A stretch of DNA of 63,955 nt, filler included, from Craspedostauros australis (GCA_030167865.1; 19 parts of 19 records of this genome joined end to end with filler, not necessarily neighbours in it), one strand, 5' to 3'. Positions 12,560 through 24,975 are shown, numbered from the whole stretch's first letter. Translations and numbers: made by a program. Notes: generated from the letters alone by a model not told the origin.

Positions 12560-12850
12560 TACCTATCTTGGTGTCCACAGATGGTAGCAAGCTGATACAT
12601 GGATGTCAGGCCCTGCCTGGTATCGCCTTTATGTGCACATGAACATGCATGTCTACTGTCTTGTTGAGTGAATGTACCTGAGCATCTTGGCTCAGATACA
12701 AGGCTCAGAAATCCCACCAAATTTGGCAAGATCACATTTCTGCAATGGTCGGATTTGTTGCATGCATCAATGTTGCTCTAAGAAGCAAGGTTGGTATTGG
12801 AGGCGCCATGAACCTCCTCAGTCTTGCAAACTTGACAACATCTTCATGCT
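12560..12850 (+). pseudogene. Possible decayed retroelement RNase H remnant
   Basis: Fragments PILVSTDGSK, SAMVGFVAC and CKLDNI in shifting frames resemble RNase H DGS/RAELxG/CDN motifs. The region is CpG-poor. Confidence 0.3.
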
Positions 12851-12904
12851 CTGCACTTCATGCACTGCTGTGTTGCAACACATGTTGTATCAGCACAAAA
12901 CCAT

Positions 12905-13087
12905 ATAGTGCTAAGTACGTTACTCCTGTATCCCCCACTATCTATAAATTTCACTTGTGTTCGGTTAAGCAATCGCAATGCCTGCAGCTCAACGGCAGAG
13001 CACCAGCAATTTTCACTGAGGTTCTGGGTTCGAATCCTGGCATGGTACTTTGCTTTTGCTCTCCCCTTGTGATTTTTCGATAGTGCT
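12905..13087 (+). repeat. Short dispersed repeat containing a tRNA-derived segment (12979-13047), copy 1
   Basis: A-box-like AGCTCAACGGCAGAGC and B-box GGTTCGAATCC, but imperfect acceptor stem and anticodon loop (Lys-TTT-like). TATAAAT upstream. Bounded by ATAGTGCT direct repeats. Second copy at 63656. Confidence 0.7.
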
Positions 13088-13481
13088 CTAACATGTTGCC
13101 TCAGCACCAATTTGCATCACTTCATCTCCATCTGCTCACAATTCAGACTCCAACAGTTCTGAATTGGGCCAGCTATACACCATCTAACTTGTACTAACAA
13201 CTCAGAGCACACTGACAACTATTAACAGCTTCACTCTACTTCATTTGACTGATCTGATCACTCGCAATTTCGAAGTGAGTGCCTATTCTTGTCTGTGTTC
13301 TATCAGGACCCATTCTTCTCAATCATCGTCACTGTCATCATTAGTGCCATCACAATCATTGCTAGCATCAGCACCTTCAAGCATCCGGATCTTCACCTTT
13401 GTCCTTCCTGTCACCCTTGCCTTCTGGGCTCTCCTTGTGATCCAAACAAATCCAGTCCAACCCTTCTCGCACCCACTGAAG

Positions 13482-13743
13482 ATGGTCGAAGGTCATTCTG
13501 TCCATCGTGTCGCACATCGGTTCTGACAGGGTCTTGTGGGAAGGTCATGTAAGGCATGGTCTCCCAATGGACGATTCACCAATGGCACATCAGCCATACA
13601 CAAGCAGCCATTTTTGCGCATCGAAGCCGTCGGCAAGAACCTCTTTGCATTCTTTGGGAACGATGCTGACAATCCTGTCGTGGTGCATGTACATTGTGGA
13701 ATGGCAGGCAGCTGTGCAGTGTACCTGTACAACTACAGCAAGG
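13482..13743 (+). pseudogene. Fpg/Nei-family DNA glycosylase N-terminal domain with in-frame TGA (truncated by contig end)
   Basis: MVEGHSVHRVAHRF*QGLVG..SPNGRF..IEAVGKNLFAFFG..VVVHVHCGMAG matches the Fpg/Nei (P/V)E start, GK and HxGM motifs. TGA at 13524-13526 is consistent with CGA->TGA. Confidence 0.75.
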
Positions 13744-15015
13744 NNNNNNNNNNNNNNNNNNNNNNNNNNNNNNNNNNNNNNNNNNNNTTAATTAATTAAN
13801 NNNNNNNNNNNNNNNNNNNNNNNNNNNNNNNNNNNNNNNNNNNTGCCAGCTAGCAAGTGTATTTATCCATCTGGAAGAGATGCTGATATCCAAATCTATG
13901 AACCTTGTCATACTCAGTGCTACGCTCGACGCTGCACAATCTTCTGCATGTCTACGCATTCCTCAGGCCATTTTGTGAAATCCGACCGGCGGCACCACTC
14001 CAATCACACTCTAAAGAGTACGGCCATGGAGTTTGAGGTCCTTGATTCGCCTGGAAGGGATGTTGGCAAGTTCCACACACGGATGGCCTTGGCATTGCTG
14101 ACGATGGTGTTGGTTGTTACAATACTCTCGTTAGTTCATTCCATTGCTACTCCGATACTCTCGGTGTCTCTTCAATGCTCTTGAAATCTCTTGTCTACCC
14201 AATCCTCTCAGTGGTTTGTCCGTCCGACTATGAGTTGGCACGTGAGATGCTCTCTTGCTGTTACTCATATTCTCTCTCTATGCTGATATTGCGTGCTAAT
14301 ACCATGCATGATAGCGTGTATTCAACGCAATCTTGATCTTCCTCCTTCTACTAGTCCACTCCTTTGCATGTAGTAGTCAGTGCCATGCATTCTCTGCACC
14401 TTGCACCTTTGACGATCACCATGATACTTCAATCATAAGATTCCTACCTTCTGTTCTGATTCCGAACCAGCTGTCAGTTCGAATGGCATGGACTTTGGAG
14501 TCAATGTCAGTCATCGTCATTCCATGGATGTGCTGATTCCATATTCCATTGATGATGCTGTAGGAGTATCAGGTTGGTGTCATTTGAGGTTTAGTTGGGA
14601 AACATACCGATCCAGTATCGATATCATAGGTTTCTGGATGAGTGGGCAGATCGAACATCTGATACTCTCAGATTTCCTGTTTCACGTCTGTCCGACGTTG
14701 GGCACAAAAGTGGCGTGCATAATTTTGGTTCGTGATTCACACAACCGTTGATGGCCAATGATGCAAATGTCAATGCTGCTCAGCGCGCGGGGTGAGAGAA
14801 CAATGGGTGAGAGATGCACATACACATATACATCCCAACAACGGGATCTAATTCTACTGATGCTGATATCCTGAAGTACTGAAACATACGCATTATGCTG
14901 CTCAGCGTCCTGAGCAGATGTGCATAGAAAATGTCAATCATATTCAATGTAGCACCTTGGCGAGTCCAAACGCACTCCATGGAGGGCAGTCATGGAGTTG
15001 GAAGCTGTACACCCA

Positions 15016-15411
15016 TGTCAGGAATCGGGTGTTATGAAACACGTGATTGCCGCACCTCCCAGGAGTATTTGGAGTCAAGTGTTGTGAAACACTAAATTAC
15101 CGCACCTCCCNNNNTGACATTATGAGCATCAAAATGTGAGGTACATGATGAGGCGAAGGCTGTCCTGAGACGAATGGCGAATGACAAGTGTGGATCGGAT
15201 GATGATGACTGTGAAGGGTAATGCAATCATCCAATACACGATTGCATGTCACATGGGGCTGCAATGATGCATTCGTGACCATCATCAGGTACAAGCGAAT
15301 ACAGCCCTCACGTAATGACGAACAAAGAACCGAGGAGTGGAAATATTCCATTACCACGAAGTACAAAAAGGATCGTGAGAGAACCCTCCGGTGATAATGG
15401 ATGAAGCTGGT
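15016..15411 (+). mobile_element. Copia LTR (5' or solo LTR, partial)
   Basis: Starts TGTCAGGAATCGGG and is near-identical to 21153-21550. Not preceded by a polypurine tract. Confidence 0.85.
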
Positions 15412-15527
15412 NNNNNNNNNNNNNNNNNNNNNNNNNNNNNNNNNNNNNNNNNNNNTTAATTAATTAANNNNNNNNNNNNNNNNNNNNNNNNNNNNNNNNN
15501 NNNNNNNNNNNTGGGCGTTTGCCTTGG

Positions 15528-16328
15528 TTAGTTGCTGTTGGTCGCCCTGTCCACACAAGAAGATGGTGTCTGTCCTGTCCTCGGTTTGGAAGGATATGGC
15601 CGATCTTCTCCAATGTTGATGTTGGTCCTCTTGTTGCTGCTGTGTTTGTGTTCATTCTCTTGCCTCTTTCGCTTCAACTGCTGTCCCAACTGTTCTTGTG
15701 ATTGTTCATTTGCTTGTTCGTTTTGTTGTAAGCGCTGCTGCAGTTGTTGCAGTTGTGGGTGAGCTGAAGGCGAAAGTCCTCTGATGAGGGACTCCATACA
15801 CTCCAGGTGGCCCTTGCGGCATGCCTTATGAAGGGGAGTGTGACCATAGTTGTCTTTGCAATTGATGTTTGCCCCACATGATTCGATGAGGTACTTCACA
15901 CACTCCAGGTGGCCGTTGCGGCATGCCAAATGAAGGGGAGTCCAACCACGGTTGGTTTTGCAGTTGATGTTTGCCCCCCATGATTCGATGAGGTACTCGA
16001 TACACTCTAGCTGGCCATCGTAGCATGCCAAATGAAGGGGAGTGTCACCATCGTCATCTTTGCAATTGATGTTCGCCTCACATGATTCGATGAGGTACTG
16101 CACACACTCCAGCTTGCCGTTGTAGCATGCGTGATGAAGGGGAGTGGAACCGTTGTTGGTTTTGCAGTTGACGTCCGCCTCACATGATTCGATGAGGTAC
16201 TTCACACACTCCAGGTGGCCCTTGCGGCATGCCCAACGAAGAGGAGTGTCACCATCGTTGTCTTCGCAGTTGATGTTGGCCTCACATGATTCGATGAGGT
16301 ACTTCACACACTCCAGCTGGCCATGCAC
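15528..16328 (-). CDS. Ankyrin-repeat protein (about five 34-aa repeats plus Gln-rich coil; true 5' end uncertain)
   Basis: Tandem G.TPLH.AC..GHLECVKYLIESC.A.IN.K units corresponding to 102-bp near-identical DNA repeats. Confidence 0.85.
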   Translation of the reverse strand: MHGQLECVKYLIESCEANINCEDNDGDTPLRWACRKGHLECVKYLIESCEADVNCKTNNGSTPLHHACYNGKLECVQYLIESCEANINCKDDDGDTPLHLACYDGQLECIEYLIESWGANINCKTNRGWTPLHLACRNGHLECVKYLIESCGANINCKDNYGHTPLHKACRKGHLECMESLIRGLSPSAHPQLQQLQQRLQQNEQANEQSQEQLGQQLKRKRQENEHKHSSNKRTNINIGEDRPYPSKPRTGQTPSSCVDRATNSN

Positions 16329-18668
16329 AAATGGGAATCGTCATTCTCGCTTCATTGCTTTTGCGCGTGCTGAGATGTTCCCAATTCCACGAATTCTGTG
16401 TGTCAATGAAGTACTTTATTGGCTTCTTTCATGAGAAGGACACGTCAGAAAGGCGTTCCAATGAGATCTCTGATCGTCAACTCGAAACAACCACGAAAGT
16501 GATGATGACGCCAACAGCGATGATGCGATGGGGAGAACACCAAGATGATCACAATCTCAATTGCAACCATCGCACGTCACGATGTACGCGTATCCCCCAA
16601 GGAGTCCAATCGGCAACATGGTTGCCTGAGAACCGCACATGGAATATACGCGATGCGTTGTACTACTACGAGTACGCATGAAGGCGGTGGATTGAACGAT
16701 CGTGTTCCCAACAGGTTTGACCAGCAAGTCATTGGCGCTCCTGATGATGGAGGGATAGGATGATCCCCATTTCCACCTGCCGATACTCCAGCATTCGATC
16801 ACTCATATTGCCACGGTGGTTGTCCCATGAACCATCGATAGACGAGAGCACCAACATCCACGGATGCTTCCAACCACAACACGAATGGTCCCTCCACAAC
16901 AGAAGACGCTGTAGCAGTTGAGAACCTGCAACGTCCCTGAAGATGCCGAACAAGATCGATTTCTTGTGGCGAACGCCTGCGCAACATCCAAACGATCGCA
17001 CCAGGGTGTTCACATGTATATGGATGCTACTTTCAGCATTGGCGATGAATCCCATCCATCTTGTGGTGTCCTCATCATGTGAGATCCTCAAGTCTCTTCG
17101 TTCCTGCCAGTCCTCCTCTCACAAATCAGCATCTGCATCAGCATCACCAACAACTCAGATGCAAGCAACTCAGCAAATCAATGAATATCATGCACAGCAC
17201 CCACATCACAAACAAGAGCAACACCAACAGCAGCAGCAGCAGCATGATCAGCCAAGAACGATGCAAGAGAGAGACAATCATCAGCTTGGTGGACTCTGGT
17301 GCTTCACGGAATGACCACCCTTGTCGGTCCTGATGGCACCACAGCCTCCAGAGGCACCCCTCCCCCCNNNNNNNNNNNNNNNNNNNNNNNNNNNNNNNNN
17401 NNNNNNNNNNNNNNNNNNNNNNNNNNNNNNNNNNNNNNNNNNNNNNNNNNNNNNNNNNNNNNNNNNNNNNNNNNNNNNNNNNNNNNNNNNNNNNNNNNNN
17501 NCCCCCCCCCTCTTCCTTGGTCAACTCCGTTTTCACTATCCTCATGGGAGTCATGGAGTCACCCTCGAGCAGCTCCAAACGGAGCATGCCATTGTTTACA
17601 ACTACAATAGCTCACCGCAACAATGCCACCAACATGAATGAATTAGCCTGCAATGGTGAGTATTCGTGTCAATCAGTCATCGCTGGACATGCTTGAAACG
17701 ATCCCCTTGAGGGATGAGCGAGATAACTACGACTATGTACGATACTATCATGTAAGCTGTGAATGCAAAATGTGTTGGACAACCAGAAATCTCCAACCTC
17801 TTTGAACATCAGCATCTTCCGCAGTATGAGCAGCTCGTCGACAAGCAGCCAGCGAGCCCACATCGATCTACCAAACGAGTGGAACGAAAGCAATCGGCTT
17901 TCGCCGTCACAATCGTCACAGAACTCGACTCATCCAGCCGCGTTCGTCGCTGCAAGATCAATACCGCTAGACATCGATCGCATCGTTCGAGATTTACCTC
18001 ACGTTCAACATCTGTTAGATCACGTTCGGCCTCCAGGAACGATTTCGTGCCCTTGGACGCACCGAGATCACCTCCACCGTTGCATCAGCGTGCGATGTCG
18101 AACCGAAACTTCGGACGCACGCCGAGTACCTCCAGCAGCAGTGGCACGTGCAACAGCGACAGCTCCTCTTGCTCTCAGTTTGTGCGCTCCAGGCAAGAAG
18201 CCGAGTGTTGCATGGTAGAACGACGGCACGGAAGATGAGCCTTCGGCGAACAGATCCATGGGTACGCCACCCTCGCGCTGCAAGATATTGTCGTCGGCAT
18301 CATCCAACCGACGATCCACTTCACGTAACACTCGCCATCATAAACAAGCAACAAGCAACAGTAGAACAAACGTGATCAACGAAGAGTGAGATGGTGGTGG
18401 TAATGAAGTCGGACATAGTGGTGAAGTAATGTAGAGCGGTGTGAAGTGCTCCAGGCAAGATAACATCACTTATTATAGCGATGCTGATGCTGATGGCGAT
18501 ATCGATTGACGCTGAGCACCTTTGAAAGAGAGCAGAGTATGGTGGCTAAATGTACAATTTTCGAAGGGAACCAACTTCCGGAAGAAATTGTCGCAGCAAA
18601 TAAACCACGAATAAACAAATTGAAGACAAACAACAGACAGCAAAAACTACTAGTGAAACAACGAACGA

Positions 18669-19067
18669 ATGACGACGAAGAGGATTGGCAAGATGACGCG
18701 TCCGACCGGCCAAATGCCGATGGAAGCGTACGTCCGAGGAGGCATCAATAGCAACAAGACAAACACGAGAGGACAAGGAGAGATGGAAGGACAGGCAGGG
18801 ACAAACACAAAGAAAAACGGGGAAGAATTGAGACAGGAAGATGGAAAACAAGGAAGAGGCACCCGCAACGTAGAGTGCGCCGCAGGCAAGTACTGCAAGG
18901 GACGAGGGCAAGCAGCAGCAGCGGTGCGATGCATCGTATGCGGAATACCAGCCCACCGAGAATGCAGAGCTTGGATCAAACCCGAGGAAGGCCTGGTAAC
19001 ACCAAGAGGCTTCCCTGTGGTATGCACACAATGCATTGAGAACAATGAAATCACTGTGCAAGAAGAA
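18669..19067 (+). CDS. Fragment with PHD-like C4HC3 zinc finger (possibly transposon-derived; truncated)
   Basis: C-x5-C..CIVC-x4-H-x2-C..CTQC pattern. Confidence 0.45.
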
Positions 19068-19167
19068 NNNNNNNNNNNNNNNNNNNNNNNNNNNNNNNNN
19101 NNNNNNNNNNNTTAATTAATTAANNNNNNNNNNNNNNNNNNNNNNNNNNNNNNNNNNNNNNNNNNNN

Positions 19168-19837
19168 AACGAACACTCGTCCCGATCTCGCCTTCGCAGT
19201 CTCCCAAGTCGCTCGCTTCGGACACGATCCCCGCCGATCACACGCCAAAGCAGTCAAGCGCATCATGCGCTATCTCAAGCACACTGCAACCATGGGCACC
19301 ATCGTTCGCCCTACAGGGCAACTCGATCTCAAGTGCTACGTGGACGCTGACTTCGCAGGCCTCTACCAACGTGAGGACAGCAAAGATCCAGTGTCAGTGA
19401 AATCACGCACGGGATATCTCATCACATTGGGTGGATGCCCTCTCATTTGGAAGTCGAAACTCCAAACTGAGATCGCGTTATCCACNNNNNNNNNNNNNNN
19501 NNNNNNNNNNNNNNNNNNNNNNNNNNNNNNNNNNNNNNNNNNNNNNCTCATTCGCCAAGTGATCAACAACGCCGGCACCGACATGCCGCTGCACACCAAC
19601 CTCCAGTGCACTGTCTTCGAGGACAACCAAGCCTGCATTTCCCTCGCTACCAATCATCAACCGACCGCGCGCACCAAACACTTCTTAACCAAGTGGCACT
19701 TCTTTTGGTACTGGGTTAAGGCAGGCTTCATTTGCATCCAACACATCTCCACGCCGGAACAACTCGCAGACATCTTCACGAAGGGACTGTCCATCGCGGT
19801 CTTCGAATACTTACGGCTCAAAATCATGGGCTGGTAA
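19168..19837 (+). mobile_element. Ty1/Copia RT C-terminus and RNase H (second Copia lineage)
   Basis: TRPDLAFAVSQ, YVDADFAG, WKSKLQTEIALS, FEDNQAC, RTKHF, QLADIFTKGL. Confidence 0.93.
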
Positions 19838-19924
19838 CAACCAGCAAACAACAAACAACAATGAAGGATGAAGTTTTCATCGATACCACAACTCCAATCA
19901 CGACCCAACACTGAGAGGGAGAGT

Positions 19925-20074
19925 TGAGATTCAATGAGGGACAGACTACCACCGGACACGGTATCAACCAGATGGGAAAAATTCTCGTTTTGGCGCGAAA
20001 TCCTCCGACTTGATCGACCACAAAATCTTTTTCTCCTCCTTTCTCTCCTCCATTCACGAATCCATCATGACTCA
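19925..20074 (+). mobile_element. Putative short 3' LTR of the second Copia lineage
   Basis: Polypurine tract GAGAGGGAGAG followed by TGAG...CTCA termini. No second copy in the window to confirm boundaries. Confidence 0.4.
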
Positions 20075-20635
20075 AACATGACCGATCTGACTCACACCTC
20101 GCCTTGGGAACTATATGCTCCTCAGATCCTATTACTACAACATACCCCGATTCCCTTCACTCTGACGGCTACTGCATTATTGCCGTAGTCTTAACATGTG
20201 AATCCAACTTGCTTCAACCTGAGCAATGGAATCCGAGGGTCAGCTCCAGCCACAACCATTGCTTCATGACTGTCACCAACATGGTCATGGCCTACACTAC
20301 AGTGTATCTACATGTGCGAAGAGCAAGGCACTGCTATGATCATCTACCCTGAGCACTGAACCAAGTATATCAGTGCAGGGTCTCGCCAAGTTGTGTGGCA
20401 TCGTTTCTTCACCCTACTAACACCACTAGCTAACTCATAATAAACACAGACANNNNNNNNNNNNNNNNNNNNNNNNNNNNNNNNNNNNNNNNNNNNTTAA
20501 TTAATTAANNNNNNNNNNNNNNNNNNNNNNNNNNNNNNNNNNNNNNNNNNNNCAAGTGCGTATGAGAGAATAACGGGTGAACGATGCACATATATACGTA
20601 CATCTCGACATATACTCACATGTACATCTCGACAA

Positions 20636-21114
20636 AGGGATCCAGAGGAACAATGAAGCACCCAAGGTCGGTAAGGATCGACACAGCAGATACCACAGCG
20701 GTGTGGGCATGCTGCTATACCTGGTGAAGCATTCGAGACCAGACGTTGCGAATGCCATCCGAGAACTGATGAAGGTGTTGGATGGGCCAACGACCACAGC
20801 ATACGAGATGCTGAGAGTGATGAAGCTCGTGTCGGACACGAGTATATGGATTGAGGATGGAGAGACCTGTGGATGTGATGGTTGACAACGTGAGAGCGAT
20901 CTTCATCGCTATCAACCCATCGACATCAGCCAGGACGAGACACATCAACGAGCGCAATCACTTCATCAGAGAGCTGATTGCGAACAAGGAAGCGAGGGAT
21001 CGATTCGTGAAGTCAGAGGACAACATCTCTGACGGGTTCACGAAGAATACAAGAAAGGAGATCTACGATCGGCACAAGGGGAGCATCATTCAGCCCAGGT
21101 CAGCATTGGACTGA
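20636..21114 (+). pseudogene. Internally deleted Copia RT/RNase H remnant
   Basis: HSRPDVANAIREL is fused to RPVDVMVDN..RTRHI..DGFTKN. Paralogous to 2880-3630 with roughly 260 bp missing. Confidence 0.85.
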
Positions 21115-21152
21115 ACAAGGTGGATGATATGGTCGGATCGGCAATGGAAGGG

Positions 21153-21846
21153 TGTCAGGAATCGGGTGTTATGAAACACGTGATTGCCGCACCTCCCAGG
21201 AGTATTTGGAGTCAAGTGTTGTGAAACACTAAATTACCGCACCTCCCGNNGTGACATTATGAGCATCAAAATGTGAGGTACATGATGAGGCGAAGGCTGT
21301 CCTGAGACGAATGGCGAATGACAAGTGTGGATTGAATGGTGATGACTGTGAAGGGTAATGCAAACATCCAATACACAGTTGCATGTCACACGGGGCTGCA
21401 ATGATGCACTCGTGACCACCATCAGGTACAAGCGAATACAGCCCTCACGTAATGACGAACAAAGAACCGAGGAGTCGGAATATCCCATTACCACGAAGTA
21501 CAAAAAGGACCGTGAGAGAACTCTCCGGTGATAATGGATGAAGCTGGTAACGNNNNNNNNNNNNNNNNNNNNNNNNNNNNNNNNNNNNNNNNNNNNNNNN
21601 NNNNNNNNNNNNNNNNNNNNNNNNNNNNNNNNNNNNNNNNNNNNNNNNNNNNNNNNNNNNNNNNNNNNNNNNNNNNNNNNNNNNNNNNNNNNNNNNNNNN
21701 NNNNNNNNNAAAACACGAAGATGATGATCCGACTGAGTGAAACGAGTCGGTAACGCCTGTGAATCAATGATGTCTATGCTGACAAAACTATTGGTAGAGG
21801 GCAGGAGATGGAATATCTGAGATGCATGATGAGATGCACCAATACT
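21153..21846 (+). mobile_element. Copia 3' LTR (partial)
   Basis: ATGGAAGGG|TGTCAGGAATCGGG; near-identical to 15016-15411. Confidence 0.85.
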
Positions 21847-21946
21847 NNNNNNNNNNNNNNNNNNNNNNNNNNNNNNNNNNNNNNNNNNNNTTAATTAATT
21901 AANNNNNNNNNNNNNNNNNNNNNNNNNNNNNNNNNNNNNNNNNNNN

Positions 21947-23037
21947 CCATCCGTGGTGCGATGCGGTCCGTTGCATTGCCTCCAGTGGGGCGTGTCCCAA
22001 CATGCGATGGAGTGTGGATGCGTTGATGCCCTTCGGTGGATCCGATGTGACGGCCGCAGCCGTGATGTCTGTGCGTGGCTTGACTGCATGCATCTGCACG
22101 CCAGTCACGAAGCCATTTCGCGTGCGGAACACTCGATCGAACACGATCTTGTTCCCGTTGCCGTTTGCGATGTCCATGATGATACCGTTGTTTCCAATCT
22201 GGTATCCATTCTCCAGCGCCTTGTTCGTTGAGAACAGATTCACCCACATCTTGGGTGCGAACTTCACGTCGTTCAGTCTGATGGTGCGCTGTGTGTTNTC
22301 GCGTTGCTTCACTCGGAGATAGATGGATCCCATCTTTGGTGAGTTGAGTTGCGTGTTGTCGCCGACCTTCACAAAGGACTGGATGTGGCGGACGTTGAAC
22401 ATCCCCTTGTCCGAATTCACGATGTGGCATGAGGCTCCACTGTCGGCGAGCCATGTGTGTCGATCGGGTGTGTCGGTGTGGTGGTTGGATGCACGAAAGC
22501 GCGTGCGATCCACAACCATGATTGCCAACTCGTCGTCGTAGGAGGAATCGTCGTCGTCGGATGACTCACCCGTGCTGGAATCGTCCCAATTGATTGGAGG
22601 GCGCATTGGTTCTGCTTGCTGTGGCGGCTCCGGTCTTGCCTGTCGTGGTGGCTCAGGTCGCCTTTCCTGTGGTCGGTGGTGAAGAAGTGCCGCCATGCAT
22701 CCTCCGAGGATGAAGTGCCGCTCCATGATGCTCAGTGGTGGTTGGCCGTGACGTTCGAGGATCCTGTTGAGAATCATGCTATTTGCCAGGATCTCTTCGA
22801 TTGACAGAAGCTCTGCCATGATGAACATTCCTGACACTCGTCCGACGAATGCCATCTGGATACGTCGGTTGTTCGGGAATAGATTGCAGGCCGCGTTGAG
22901 GATGGCGTTGCCGATCAGTTCGCGTTGTCTGATCTCGGCCGTGAATGTGGGGTACGGCACAGTGTCGTGCCTGCCGTGCGCCCCTCGTTGGTTGAAGAAG
23001 TCCGTGGGCCCGAAGCGTAGGCCGGTTGGGAAGATCA
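21947..23037 (-). mobile_element. Copia gag/protease/GAG-pre-integrase fragment
   Basis: WLADSGASCH aspartic protease motif, V.F.P..WVNLFS, and LHRMLGH pre-integrase motif. Confidence 0.88.
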
Positions 23038-23799
23038 NNNNNNNNNNNNNNNNNNNNNNNNNNNNNNNNNNNNNNNNNNNNTTAATTAATTAANNNNNNN
23101 NNNNNNNNNNNNNNNNNNNNNNNNNNNNNNNNNNNNNATCACTTGTTCCAGTTTGATTTGTCATCACCTACATCAATGCCACTCATTGATCATTGTGCTC
23201 TAATTGATGTTGCTCCTCTGGTATCCCATGGAATGCTGTCTGATGCGGATGCGCACCCGCACACACTACAGATTCTGCGTGGCTCAAATGTCAAACAGCA
23301 TGAGCATCGTACNNNNNNNNNNNNNNNNNNNNNNNNNNNNNNNNNNNNNNNNCCGCTCCCAAACACACGAACAAACCAACACAAACGAACGCAAATGAAT
23401 GGGCAGACAAGTGATCACTCCGCACAACAAACAAATCCACAATTCAGCAGCGCAAATCAACCAACAGACAACGACCAAATCCACGAATGGCAGAACACAC
23501 AGAATGGACAAACTCCTGCACCAATAGATGCCAATCAAACATACGAGACCGCTCTTTGCATCCGAAGATCTTTTGCAGCAATGGTCAACTACTGTGCTCT
23601 TCGGCCAGTCCCCCACAGCCGTCATTGCCGTCAATGCCATCAATGCTATCAACAACCAACCAAATCCTCCTGCATGTCCAGCGAGAAATGGTGGAATGCA
23701 TGGTACCATCAATGCGTCAAAGCCATCATGTCATACCAAAGGATGCCCGCCGCAGCTAAATCACAAAGATCATCTGTGCCTGTGTTGTCCTTGAGAGTC

Positions 23800-24440
23800 T
23801 GTTGGAAATCCGGGGTTATAGTAGTAGACTAATCTGTTATCAGTCTGTACCGTTTTAGAACTGTGAGCACAACATGCTCATCTCCTTTGGATTCCAATTT
23901 CACAACAAGCATGATCTGCAGTAGCCACTCGAGGTCTCACCCTTTGGCTTGGCTCCTTTCGTCTGCATCTTCATCTTGCTTTCATCGTGGTTCATCGCTT
24001 GCTTAGCTGAGGATTGGAGAGTACCTACATTCGTCAAGTTCATACTCGTAGACCTGTAGGTACCTCTCCTTCGGTCTCCTGTTACCTCACTGGTCCCACT
24101 TCATTTCAGTTCCTGTCAACATCTAGATCGAAATTTAGGCTAACATCACACATGATTGGAACGTGATTCGACTCGATTGATAGTATAGTCGAATGAGNNN
24201 NNNNNNNNNNNNNNNNNNNNNNNNNNNNNNNNNNNNNNNNNNNNNNNNTCGCCTCTGTTTCGCTTTCTCACATTAGGTTCTCAGGGACGCGTCGACTTGT
24301 TCAGATATATTGGTTGTCGCGCTCACTCGATTCACTCGTGGGCTGGTGTGTTGCTGTCCTCATAGATCTCTCCGTTCCCGACCGTTATCGGGACATGGCC
24401 GAGTAGGCCACTGGATGAGGGTGCTTGGATGTCGCATAAG
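23800..24440 (-). mobile_element. Copia LTR (3' part, reverse orientation)
   Basis: Reverse complement matches the LTR end at 1720-1792 and an LTR-internal segment at ~3950-4000 (AAGTCGACGCG). Confidence 0.75.
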
Positions 24441-24540
24441 NNNNNNNNNNNNNNNNNNNNNNNNNNNNNNNNNNNNNNNNNNNNTTAATTAATTAANNNN
24501 NNNNNNNNNNNNNNNNNNNNNNNNNNNNNNNNNNNNNNNN

Positions 24541-24975
24541 ATGAAGCGACGAATACAACCATGCCATTCACTTGAGCAATAGACGAAACAGAATTGGATG
24601 CGGGTCTTTGGAAGGCCGTCGGCCGAGATTGGACCAAGAAGCAATAAATTATTGTACCAGAACGTCGTAGACTCTACGTGGTTACCAATGGTTACCAACG
24701 AAAAAANNNNNNNNNNNNNNNNNNNNNNNNNNNNNNNNNNNNNNNNNNNNNNNNNNNNNNNNNNNNNNNNNNNNNNNNNNNNNNNNNNNNNNNNNNNNNN
24801 NNNNNNNNNNNNNNNNNNNNNNNNNNNNNNNNNNNNNNNNNNNNNNNNNNNNNNNNNNNNNNNNNNNNNNNCATCAACTCATCGAATGGTTGCTTGTGCC
24901 GTCGGCGATATGCCAATGGTTACCAATAATTACCAATAATTACCAAAAAACCGGAAATTAGCCACGAGACACTAG
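24541..24975. mobile_element. End of a dispersed repeat / non-autonomous DNA transposon, copy 1
   Basis: Near-identical to 37919-38343. Homology stops sharply after ...GAGACACTAG. Contains TTACCAAT subterminal repeats. Confidence 0.75.

Noticed and set aside
12979..13047. Functional tRNA gene
   Set aside because: Acceptor stem is bulged, anticodon loop lacks U33/purine 37, and the second copy differs and is truncated. Treated as a tRNA-derived repeat.
13524..13526. Selenocysteine or alternative-code readthrough of TGA
   Set aside because: The position is not a catalytic Cys site, neighbouring DNA shows general C->T decay, and intact genes in the window use TGA as stop (e.g. 9385-9387).
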